64,000 nucleotides of DNA from a virus: the IMG/VR virus record IMGVR_UViG_3300045988_149468, positions 64,001 through 128,000 of that record; one strand, 5' to 3'. Shown here piece after piece: positions 45,338 through 53,446 of this stretch. Each line of letters begins with the position of its first letter. The stretch's first letter is position 1. The notes beneath the pieces are model-generated. The model saw only the letters and a program-made list of their open reading frames with translations. It was not told where the DNA came from and searched no databases. Made by a program: the position numbers and the translations under genes.

Positions 45338-46426
45338 CTACATTAATGTTAATGCTTTTTCTAATTCTTCTATTGTTAATTCACTTACTTTAGTTTTATT
45401 ACATTCGTTTTTGACATATTCTAATAATGCTGTTCTTTGTTCTTTTGTTTGTGCTTTATCTTTTATTTGCGCCATTAATTCTTTTTTACTTACTTTTTCA
45501 TCTTCTTTTTGTTCTTCTTCTACTTCTTGTTGTACTTTTTGTAATTCTATTTCAGTTTGTTTCTTTTCTTCTTTTATTGATTCTTCAACTTCTTTTTCTG
45601 TTAATGGATTACTTGCTGAGTTTCTCATACCATCTTTTATTGTTTTCAAGAAATCTTTAGCAAATTGTCTTTGATCTGAATCAACAACTAAATATTCTGG
45701 AACAGTATCATTGGCAAATCTGCAACCTGCTTCTAATGTAGTAGTGCCCCTGAAGTATAATCTTCTTTCTGTAGATTCTATTTTTCCATCTACAACATTT
45801 TTATCTACAAGACCAGTTAAGACTAAATCAAATATGTCAGCAAATATTGATTCATAAGTATTAGGAAGGTTAGATGTTAATATTTGATATCCTTCATCTT
45901 CATTTTTACCTTTTTCAACTATTGTTTTCATTTTTGTATGTGAAATACACATTATACCAAAACCTGCTTTATAAAGAGTTGTGAAATATTCTTTTATTAA
46001 TTCTTTAACTTTAGCTTGACCTGATCCGTACCCACCTAGAGCTTTATTGATTGAGTCACAAGGTTTACCTGTTTGAATTTGACTTAATCTACAAACTTCT
46101 TTTTCAGCTATTGGTATGATTTCATCCACCACATCGAAGCAAACCATTTCTATATTATGTTCAGTACCTTTACCTTTTATTAAAAATTGTGATAGTTCCT
46201 TTAAATCTTTCCAATTATTCACATGAGTTGTTTGTAGGTTGTCAAGTAGTGTATAGCCGATTTCATTTCCTACACCACAAAGTAACCCTTTACTAGCATC
46301 ACCATTATATTCTTCTAATATTATATTTCTAAACAAGGTACTTTTCCCGAATTTACTAACGGCTCTTAAATATATTCTTAATTTGTTTAAATTATTTGTA
46401 CTTTTATTCATTGTTATTTTTATCAT
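45338..46426 (-). CDS. RecA-fold P-loop ATPase (Sak4/AAA_24-like), recombination/replication accessory
   Basis: Walker A AVSKFGKSTL and Walker B VCFDVVDE, followed by a long charged C-terminal tail. The ATG at 46426 follows TTGGAGGT (listed ORF starts at 46441). Confidence 0.5.
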   Translation of the reverse strand: MIKITMNKSTNNLNKLRIYLRAVSKFGKSTLFRNIILEEYNGDASKGLLCGVGNEIGYTLLDNLQTTHVNNWKDLKELSQFLIKGKGTEHNIEMVCFDVVDEIIPIAEKEVCRLSQIQTGKPCDSINKALGGYGSGQAKVKELIKEYFTTLYKAGFGIMCISHTKMKTIVEKGKNEDEGYQILTSNLPNTYESIFADIFDLVLTGLVDKNVVDGKIESTERRLYFRGTTTLEAGCRFANDTVPEYLVVDSDQRQFAKDFLKTIKDGMRNSASNPLTEKEVEESIKEEKKQTEIELQKVQQEVEEEQKEDEKVSKKELMAQIKDKAQTKEQRTALLEYVKNECNKTKVSELTIEELEKALTLM

Positions 46427-46505
46427 AATACCAACCTCCAATATTTATTAACTAATATTTTTTATTCCCAACCTCTTCCACCCTATTATTAATTTCTATA
46501 TTCAA

Positions 46506-47633
46506 TTAAAATGGTAATAAATCATCATCACCAAATATATTTAAATCATCGTCTGAATTTTCGTTTAAATCTACATTTACTTCTTTTTTTACATCTGTTT
46601 CTGGTTTAGATAATAATTGTTCTATTGTTAATTCAACTGGAATTGCACCTTTCGAATATCCCCTATTAATAGTTAATACACTCATTTTTTCTATTCTACT
46701 TCCCATTCCTAACCCGTATTGAGCTTCCAAATCTTTCATATCCATTAATCCTAATTCAACCATTTCTTTTTCATCGTCTGATAACATTTCAGGATTGAAT
46801 TCTAACTCTTCTCTTCTATTTATTAGATCAACTTTAAATCCTATTTTACATAATTGATTTTCATCAAAATTATCTAATAATAATTTCTTAATTACTTTTA
46901 ATTTTCTTTGAGCCAATTCACCTTCAGCATTTAATGGATATTCTATTGATTTATAAAATCCTATATCTGCTTTTTTCTTACCATCATATTGTGGTATATA
47001 TCCATTCACTACTAATAAATTTTCATCTTCTAGTCTGTCTTCATTGATACAATCTTCTGTTATGTACATTTCTATACTTGCTGATGCTTCTTCCTCTGTA
47101 TCATCTGGTACAACATATATTCTATTTACTGAATAATTAGTGAATGTTTGTTCTTGATTAGTTTTTTCATTAAACCAACTAGTATATTCAATTTCACCAA
47201 TTACTCTAAATTTAGCATTGTCAAATTTTCCACTTGTTAATTCATTATAAACAAATTCACTATAATCAAATTCATTACAAAATTCATATCTTTCATTATC
47301 ATTAACAAATACCATTTTTTTAAATTCTGCTATGTTTTTCATGTGTTTTTCTTTATCTTTATATTTAAACTTAACACTATTATACTTACCTTCTGAATCT
47401 TGTTCTAATGAATATATATCTGAATCATTTACATTTATTGCACCATCACTTTTTTTAGCTGAATTTAAAAATCCTTTTATTTGAGGTGAAAAGAAATCTT
47501 TATCTGATTTCATATTTAATTTTAAACTTCTAAATATTCCACCTTTATCAGTTAATTTATCTTCAAATGCTCTATGTTTATCTGAATCCTTTGCGACTGA
47601 TAGATTACCAACCATTGTAAATTTTATTCCCAT
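46506..47633 (-). CDS. SSB-like single-stranded DNA-binding protein candidate
   Basis: The extreme C-terminus ...IFGDDDLLPF matches the acidic SSB tip (DDD-[IL]-PF). Neighbours a recombination ATPase. The ATG at 47633 follows TTGGAGGTCGATATT. An OB fold could not be verified by eye. Confidence 0.45.
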   Translation of the reverse strand: MGIKFTMVGNLSVAKDSDKHRAFEDKLTDKGGIFRSLKLNMKSDKDFFSPQIKGFLNSAKKSDGAINVNDSDIYSLEQDSEGKYNSVKFKYKDKEKHMKNIAEFKKMVFVNDNERYEFCNEFDYSEFVYNELTSGKFDNAKFRVIGEIEYTSWFNEKTNQEQTFTNYSVNRIYVVPDDTEEEASASIEMYITEDCINEDRLEDENLLVVNGYIPQYDGKKKADIGFYKSIEYPLNAEGELAQRKLKVIKKLLLDNFDENQLCKIGFKVDLINRREELEFNPEMLSDDEKEMVELGLMDMKDLEAQYGLGMGSRIEKMSVLTINRGYSKGAIPVELTIEQLLSKPETDVKKEVNVDLNENSDDDLNIFGDDDLLPF

Positions 47634-47739
47634 AATATCGACCTCCAATATTTATTAATTAATATTTTTGTATCCCACCCAACCAATCCCTTATTAATTA
47701 CTATATTAATATATTACTACATTTTACATTATTTGTCAA
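47634..47739 (-). promoter_or_regulatory. Early promoter + extended G-rich leader
   Basis: TTGACA-AATAATGTAAAATGTAG-TAATAT, then AATATAGTAATTAATAAGGGATTGGTTGGGTGGGATAC...AATTAATAAATATTGGAGGT. The leader is duplicated upstream of the next gene (46427-46505). Confidence 0.5.
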
Positions 47740-47917
47740 TATCTAATTTTATTTCTTTTAAAAATCTACCAATTGTATATAATTTATCTTTATAATCTAC
47801 TAAATATTTTTCTTCATTTTTTAATTTTAAATCTTTTTCCGCCTCCATCAAAGTACTATATTCTTTTATATATTTCATATTTCCCATTGAAACTAATTTT
47901 ATCATTAAACATCATCA

Positions 47918-47971
47918 ACTCCTTATTAATTTATATATTCATATAATATCATATTTGTTAAATCTTGTCAA
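47918..47971 (-). promoter_or_regulatory. Early promoter + conserved leader
   Basis: TTGACA-AGATTTAACAAATATGA-TATTAT, then ATGAATATATAAATTAATAAGGAGTTG. The downstream coding is only short ORFs (19 and 52 codons in different frames). Confidence 0.5.
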
Positions 47972-47979
47972 TGACTATT

Positions 47980-48705
47980 TTATTTTTTAGGAGTACCACA
48001 AGACAATTTGCCTTCGGGACAAACACCATAAACACATGGGGCATCTATCCTACTAAATAATATTGGGCAAACTTCTTTACATTCTTGTAACATTAGTTCT
48101 GCTAATTGTCTTATTTCACTTTGCGCTCTATGACATAATCTTTTACTAAAGAAATTATATAAACTTCTAACATTCATACTTACTATTATTTTAGTTTCAC
48201 TTGCATTTGGTAAAACATATCTAGCATTTTCATTTGCAACTTTAGTACTATTCATACCATATGTAGGATAATCTGTATCTTCCACAAATTGTTTTATATT
48301 ACTTTGCCATTTCAAGTACATTTTATGTATTTTTAATATATCTTGTTCATATTCTTTTATAGCATCCTCACCCATCGCTATTATAACATCAGGTGTGATA
48401 AATTCAAATTTACCTTCTTCCTCCTTTACATAACGTTGTGATTGTTGACTATAAGATGCAATTCTATGTCTTACTAGTTGGTGAGAACAGCATCTTGATA
48501 TTCCTTCTATTGCAAAAGTAAAAGAACAATGTTCTAATGGACTTTCATGTCCCATATCAACTAAATTCTTTATAAATGTTTGTATTTTTTCTTCAGTTAA
48601 ATTTTCTTCTAGTTCATCTATTCCTACTGGTGAATAACATAATTTACCTGCCATTGCAACTACTTTTTCTAATCCCTGTGTATAACCTATTAATTTACAT
48701 TTCAT
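47980..48705 (-). CDS. thyX: FAD-dependent thymidylate synthase ThyX
   Basis: Diagnostic ThyX motif RHRxxSxxxxSxRY is present as LVRHRIASYSQQSQRY, plus SPLEH and NxRxxxHF-type blocks. Confidence 0.85.
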   Translation of the reverse strand: MKCKLIGYTQGLEKVVAMAGKLCYSPVGIDELEENLTEEKIQTFIKNLVDMGHESPLEHCSFTFAIEGISRCCSHQLVRHRIASYSQQSQRYVKEEEGKFEFITPDVIIAMGEDAIKEYEQDILKIHKMYLKWQSNIKQFVEDTDYPTYGMNSTKVANENARYVLPNASETKIIVSMNVRSLYNFFSKRLCHRAQSEIRQLAELMLQECKEVCPILFSRIDAPCVYGVCPEGKLSCGTPKK

Positions 48706-48799
48706 ATTAATTACCTCCTAATACAATTTTTTTATTTTTTTCTACTGTAAGCCTTTTTAGTTTTTACTCCATAAATATTATACTATATAAAAGATAGAA

Positions 48800-49243
48800 T
48801 TAATATTGTTTTAATTGTTTTTCAATAGATTCTAATTGTTCTTTTAATATTTGTTTTTTCATTTTTAATTCTACAATTTCAAATCCTTTAACAAAATCAA
48901 ATTTATCATCTTTATGAACTTTTGCAGTAACAATTTTGCCTTTATTATTCGCTCTTTTCATTTCAAACATCTTATCGTTATATCTATAAAGAATTTTGTA
49001 AGAAATATTTCCAAATAAAAATATAGTATTATCTATCCAATCACTCCAATTATTAGTACTAAACATTTCCTCAAATATTGCTTCATCTACTTCAATAGAA
49101 TTTTTATTTTCATCTTGCATTTTAATTCGGAAACTAGACTTTCCTGTTTCATCAGATGAGGTTGTTGTACTTGTTACTTTATATTCTTTATTATTTAATT
49201 TACATATAGCTTTATCACCTATTTGAATTTTAAACATTAACAT
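48800..49243 (-). CDS. Hypothetical protein (paralog of 49670-50071)
   Basis: Shares IGxKxICKLxNKEYxxS...WSxWI....LYRYNxxxFEM....VHxxDxFxFxKGxExVxLxMK with the second copy. Start may be the ATG at 49237. Confidence 0.5.
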   Translation of the reverse strand: MLMFKIQIGDKAICKLNNKEYKVTSTTTSSDETGKSSFRIKMQDENKNSIEVDEAIFEEMFSTNNWSDWIDNTIFLFGNISYKILYRYNDKMFEMKRANNKGKIVTAKVHKDDKFDFVKGFEIVELKMKKQILKEQLESIEKQLKQY

Positions 49244-49572
49244 CCCTCCTCCATTTCCATTTTTCTAAGATTCCAATTCTCAATCCAATCATCTAAATCA
49301 TTTTCTTTATAACCTACACTTTTTACCCATTTTGTAAATTCTTCTACTGTGGCATTTATTGGTCTAAAATGTTTTAATACTTCATTAAATGGTTGTAAAT
49401 AATTTTCTATTACTTCTCTTGCTTCCTTCTTAGCATATTCCTTATTGTATCCTCTTTCCATTATTACGTTTACATAATCTTCTTCTGTCATATCTGAATG
49501 AGTCACTGTGTCTATTACAGTTGAAAATCTACAATATAATGCATTGGGTTGTTTAGCTATAAATCCTGCCAT
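49237..49572 (-). CDS. Hypothetical protein
   Basis: 111 aa; SD AAGGAGGTAAAATA. Confidence 0.5.
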   Translation of the reverse strand: MAGFIAKQPNALYCRFSTVIDTVTHSDMTEEDYVNVIMERGYNKEYAKKEAREVIENYLQPFNEVLKHFRPINATVEEFTKWVKSVGYKENDLDDWIENWNLRKMEMEEGC

Positions 49573-49669
49573 TATTTTACCTCCTTATATTTTATCATTA
49601 TCAATTACACAATATGAACAACTTTCAGTTAAAGAATAACTTACTCCTAATATTCTTATTTATAACCTC

Positions 49670-50071
49670 CTAAAATGTTTTTATTTTATTTCTTGTATTA
49701 TATAAACATTCACTAATTATTTTTTCTTTCATTCTTAATCCCACAAGTTCAAGTCCTTTATAAAAATTAAAATCATCTTCGGGGTGAACCCTTGCTTGTA
49801 CTAAATATTCATCATCCATTGTCGTCATTTCAAATGCATTTTCATTGTATCTATATAATACATCAATAGATAAACCTAAAACTTTTATATCGGTCTTAAT
49901 CCATTTACTCCAACCTTGTTTGAATAATTTATTAACTAAATTATATTGTATTTCAAATTTATTTTCTTTATTACATAATGTTATTTTATCTCTAAACGTT
50001 CCTATATTTGAAATTTGATATTCTTTATTATCTAATTTACATATCATTTTTTGTCCTATTTTTAATTTCAT
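49670..50071 (-). CDS. Hypothetical protein (paralog of 48800-49243)
   Basis: The ATG at 50071 follows TTGGAGGTTGTAAAA. See the paralog for the shared pattern. Confidence 0.5.
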   Translation of the reverse strand: MKLKIGQKMICKLDNKEYQISNIGTFRDKITLCNKENKFEIQYNLVNKLFKQGWSKWIKTDIKVLGLSIDVLYRYNENAFEMTTMDDEYLVQARVHPEDDFNFYKGLELVGLRMKEKIISECLYNTRNKIKTF

Positions 50072-50099
50072 TTTTACAACCTCCAATAAAATTATATTT

Positions 50100-50285
50100 T
50101 TATTTCCAAACTATCGCTTTACCTTTCATCATATTTTCCCAATATTCACGAGGGGAATTTCCTCTTACATATGGATAACCTTTATTTATCGCTTCATGTT
50201 CGGTAATAAATTTACAACTGTCTGGACTAAATTTATTACCACCATCTATTATAGCTAATACCATTTCATTCTTTTTTATATTCAT
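50100..50285 (-). CDS. Hypothetical protein
   Basis: 61 aa; SD AGGAGGCATAAAA. Confidence 0.4.
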   Translation of the reverse strand: MNIKKNEMVLAIIDGGNKFSPDSCKFITEHEAINKGYPYVRGNSPREYWENMMKGKAIVWK

Positions 50286-50296
50286 TTTTATGCCTC

Positions 50297-50494
50297 CTAT
50301 ATTTTAATTTTAAATCCTTTTAATTCTATTCCATTTTCTATATTTTCTATTAAATTTATTATAATATCACTTATAATATTAAACTTTAATTCTCTTGTTA
50401 CATCCACATTATTTTGAAATATTTTAAAATTCCATACTTCATTCGAATTGTACTTTATTTTATATTTGCTATCTTCAATAATTATAGTTTTCAT
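50297..50494 (-). CDS. Hypothetical protein
   Basis: 65 aa; SD GAAGGGGATACA. Confidence 0.4.
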   Translation of the reverse strand: MKTIIIEDSKYKIKYNSNEVWNFKIFQNNVDVTRELKFNIISDIIINLIENIENGIELKGFKIKI

Positions 50495-50517
50495 TGTATC
50501 CCCTTCGATTTTATTAA

Positions 50518-50907
50518 TTAATAAGTAATACCAAATCCATAAAATTCATCTACTGTTTTAAATATATTATCACCATAACATCCATAATCATCATCACAAT
50601 CTAATTCTCTAACACCTTCGTCATCTAATACTTTACACCATGAGCATACAACATTAGCCATTAACGATGCTGATATACCTCTTTCATCTTGACATTTTTC
50701 CCAACCAAAAGCCACATCGTTTTTTAATTGTGCTAAAACATTATCTCTAGTCCATTCTAATGGTTTATGATTTTCATCACTCGTTACATAATTAATTTCA
50801 TTCATTTGTTCTTTTGTTAAAAAGTCACAAAATCTTATTCCAAATCTATCATCTAAAAAAGTTTCATACTCTTTATAATTATTTAATACCTCTTGAATTG
50901 TTTTCAT
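50518..50907 (-). CDS. Hypothetical protein
   Basis: 129 aa; SD AGGAGGTATAAATAAA. Confidence 0.45.
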   Translation of the reverse strand: MKTIQEVLNNYKEYETFLDDRFGIRFCDFLTKEQMNEINYVTSDENHKPLEWTRDNVLAQLKNDVAFGWEKCQDERGISASLMANVVCSWCKVLDDEGVRELDCDDDYGCYGDNIFKTVDEFYGFGITY

Positions 50908-50921
50908 TTTATTTATACCTC

Positions 50922-51104
50922 CTATATTTTAATAATTTTAATTTTACTTCCTTTAATTAATTCTAATTCACTAACCACTTGTTTAACTTCTTTATAATTT
51001 GTGAATCTTTGAGCATGAACTACATTTTCATTTAATACTATATTATTAGTCCCAAATTCTTTACCCATATAATATTTGTTATCTACTTTAATTATATAGT
51101 TCAT
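50922..51104 (-). CDS. Hypothetical protein
   Basis: The ATG at 51104 (MNYIIKVDNKYY) follows AAGGAAGTGATAAGA (listed ORF extends to 51149, into the leader). Confidence 0.4.
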   Translation of the reverse strand: MNYIIKVDNKYYMGKEFGTNNIVLNENVVHAQRFTNYKEVKQVVSELELIKGSKIKIIKI

Positions 51105-51166
51105 TCTTATCACTTCCTTATTAATTATCATATTCATATTATATATCAATAAATTTATTTTGTCAA
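51105..51166 (-). promoter_or_regulatory. Early promoter + conserved leader
   Basis: TTGACA-AAATAAATTTATTGATA-TATAAT, then ATGAATATGATAATTAATAAGGAAGTG. Confidence 0.6.
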
Positions 51167-51196
51167 TATATAATATGAATATTTTTAATTTATTTT

Positions 51197-51937
51197 TTAT
51201 TCGTCTTTTACTTCATCATATTCAATATCATCTATTATTTCTATAGCATCCTTTAATGATTCTACATATGTATCAAATTCTTCTTGTGTCATTTGTAGTT
51301 TAGTTTCTTCATCTTTTAATAATTCTACATCATCTACTACTTTTATTCCTAGATCTTTAAAATAATCAATACATTCATCAACAGTTAATGTCTGTGGTTC
51401 AGCTTTAGTAAATATGCCTAACTCAACGCAATCATCATAATTAAACCATTGATCTACTTCTTGATTTTGAATTAACCAATTTTTCTCTATCTTAGTTCTA
51501 CTAACTATAAATTCATTATATCTATCTTCCATTTCCATATAGAAGTCATTAAGTCTTTGATTAGATGTTACTTTACCATACTCAAACGTAGTTGATATAT
51601 GATTCATTAGCATACAAAATTTAGAACCATCTCTTTCATCTCCTAATAAAAAGATAAGAAATGCACAACTACAAGCTTGATTAGTTACATACGTTTTTAT
51701 AGTAATACCTAATTCTTTTAGTTTATCTACTTCAGTTTTTATTCTACTAAAACCACTAACACAACCCCCAACTGAATCTATACTAAGAGTAACACTTCCT
51801 ATTATTTCTCTTGAATAATCTAAAAAATTATTTATTAGATATTTATCGTAATCATATATTGTTCTTAGTTCATCTACTACTTTTGTTGTTAATTCTTCTG
51901 TTATTTCGCCGTTAATATCTATAGTTCTCTCTATCAT
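51197..51937 (-). CDS. ClpP-like (S14 family) serine protease with acidic C-terminal extension
   Basis: SIDSVGGCVSG (compare INSPGG), NQACSCAFLIF (Ser nucleophile block, compare AASMG) and MLMNHIS (His block, compare MIHQP). The ATG at 51937 follows AAGGAGTGATAATT. Confidence 0.55.
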   Translation of the reverse strand: MIERTIDINGEITEELTTKVVDELRTIYDYDKYLINNFLDYSREIIGSVTLSIDSVGGCVSGFSRIKTEVDKLKELGITIKTYVTNQACSCAFLIFLLGDERDGSKFCMLMNHISTTFEYGKVTSNQRLNDFYMEMEDRYNEFIVSRTKIEKNWLIQNQEVDQWFNYDDCVELGIFTKAEPQTLTVDECIDYFKDLGIKVVDDVELLKDEETKLQMTQEEFDTYVESLKDAIEIIDDIEYDEVKDE

Positions 51938-51965
51938 AATTATCACTCCTTATTAATTAATATAT

Positions 51966-52745
51966 TTAATCTGTTATTTCTACTTCGTAATTAGACAATG
52001 CTTGATATAATCTTTGTGGTATTTTATCTTTGTAGTAGTCAGCTACTAGCTTGATATTGTTTTCTTTGTATTCTTTATAAACTTCAAATGCTTGTTCAGG
52101 TGTATTATAATCTCCTAAATATGTTTGCTCTGATTTACCAGTCTCAGGATTAAGTAAACTACAACCTACCCTAAATTTTTTAGTGCGTTTTTCATAACAT
52201 ACTCCAACAGGATATTTACCTCTTTTACTATCTCTTTTAGTGAATAATAGATTTATCTTTTCAGGTACGTAAATGCAAGTCTCTGCTGAATATATTTTAT
52301 TGTTTTTTACTAATATGTCTTTATCTAATGTCGTTCGTTGTCCTTCTATTTCATAGTAGTTTTCACTATTCCAATATCCGAAGTTTTGATAATTTAGCCA
52401 TTCATCAGATGCTTTACATTGATTATATGTATGATGTTTCTCGTGAAATTTAGAATCATAACATCTTCTAAGCATATCTTTCCATGTTATATAACATTTC
52501 GTATATTTTCCATTTTCTTTACTTTTATATTTACCTTCTCCTAAACATCCATGTTCATACACTCTAGGCTCATATGGACATTTTATTTCGCCATTTTTAA
52601 AAGCACTATAGTATACACTTTCAACAACATAATTATATTCTTCAAAATATACATCAACATCATGACAATTTCTGTATTTAACTATTACCATTTCACTACC
52701 AAAGTTATTATATCCTACTTCACCAGTTCTATCTAATTTGCTCAT
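51966..52745 (-). CDS. AP2-domain homing-endonuclease-like protein (paralog 3 of 3)
   Basis: Collinear with the other two copies. C-terminal GVCYEKRTKKFRVGC....YLGDYNTPEQAFEVYKEYKE is an AP2 pattern. Start is 1 nt after the sigma-factor stop. Confidence 0.55.
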   Translation of the reverse strand: MSKLDRTGEVGYNNFGSEMVIVKYRNCHDVDVYFEEYNYVVESVYYSAFKNGEIKCPYEPRVYEHGCLGEGKYKSKENGKYTKCYITWKDMLRRCYDSKFHEKHHTYNQCKASDEWLNYQNFGYWNSENYYEIEGQRTTLDKDILVKNNKIYSAETCIYVPEKINLLFTKRDSKRGKYPVGVCYEKRTKKFRVGCSLLNPETGKSEQTYLGDYNTPEQAFEVYKEYKENNIKLVADYYKDKIPQRLYQALSNYEVEITD

Positions 52746-52746
52746 A

Positions 52747-53409
52747 TTATCCTACCTTTCTCATTTTAGCTAATCCACCTTTTATAATCCTTGAAACTTG
52801 TGCTTGACTAATGTTATGTTTATTGGCTATATCTTTTTGTGGTGTATTTTTAAAAAATTGTTCTATTATCATATATTTTTCTCTTTCAGTTAAAACTTCA
52901 AATAATGATTCTAAATACAAGTTAGTGTCAAAATCTACTTCGTATCCGAAGCTGTCTTGAAATTCATTTTTCTTATCACATTCATTGTTATCTGCTTTAC
53001 TATTTAAAGATGATACTTTGAAATTTATATTTATTAATTCTTCAATTTCTTTAACATCTTTGTTTAATTCTTTGGCTACATCTTCTATTGACATTATTTT
53101 AATTAATCTATCTGCTTTACGTTTATTAATTAGTAACTGTTGAGCATAATGTATTCCTTCTCTAGTATGTCTACTATAATGTTCTATTTCCCTCATTATA
53201 TTGTAAATAGCAAACGTTGAGAATTTAATATTATATTTAGGATCAAAAGCATCTGCTGATTTTACTAATCCTATAACGCCTACATTAAACATATCTTCAT
53301 ATGAATGTTCTATTGCTTCATAATGTAATTTTCTTTTTAATGTGTAATCTACTAATCTAATATTATCAAGTATAAAATGTTCCCTTTGTTCTTTTGTATC
53401 GAATCTCAC
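52747..53409 (-). CDS. Sigma-70 family RNA polymerase sigma factor (phage-encoded, copy B)
   Basis: Region 2 (DMFNVGVIGLVKSADAFDPKYNIKFSTFAIYNIMREI) and region 4 HTH (KDIANKHNISQAQVSRIIKGGLAKMRK). Confidence 0.75.
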   Translation of the reverse strand: MRFDTKEQREHFILDNIRLVDYTLKRKLHYEAIEHSYEDMFNVGVIGLVKSADAFDPKYNIKFSTFAIYNIMREIEHYSRHTREGIHYAQQLLINKRKADRLIKIMSIEDVAKELNKDVKEIEELININFKVSSLNSKADNNECDKKNEFQDSFGYEVDFDTNLYLESLFEVLTEREKYMIIEQFFKNTPQKDIANKHNISQAQVSRIIKGGLAKMRKVG

Positions 53410-53446
53410 TTCAACCCTCTCCCCTTATTAATTAATATATTCGTAT

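Noticed and set aside
46442-47715. G-quadruplex formation by the G-tracts in the duplicated leaders.
   Set aside because: The tracts are mostly GG/GGG with irregular spacing. One copy has only two GGG runs, too weak to claim a quadruplex. Reported instead as a generic conserved leader element.
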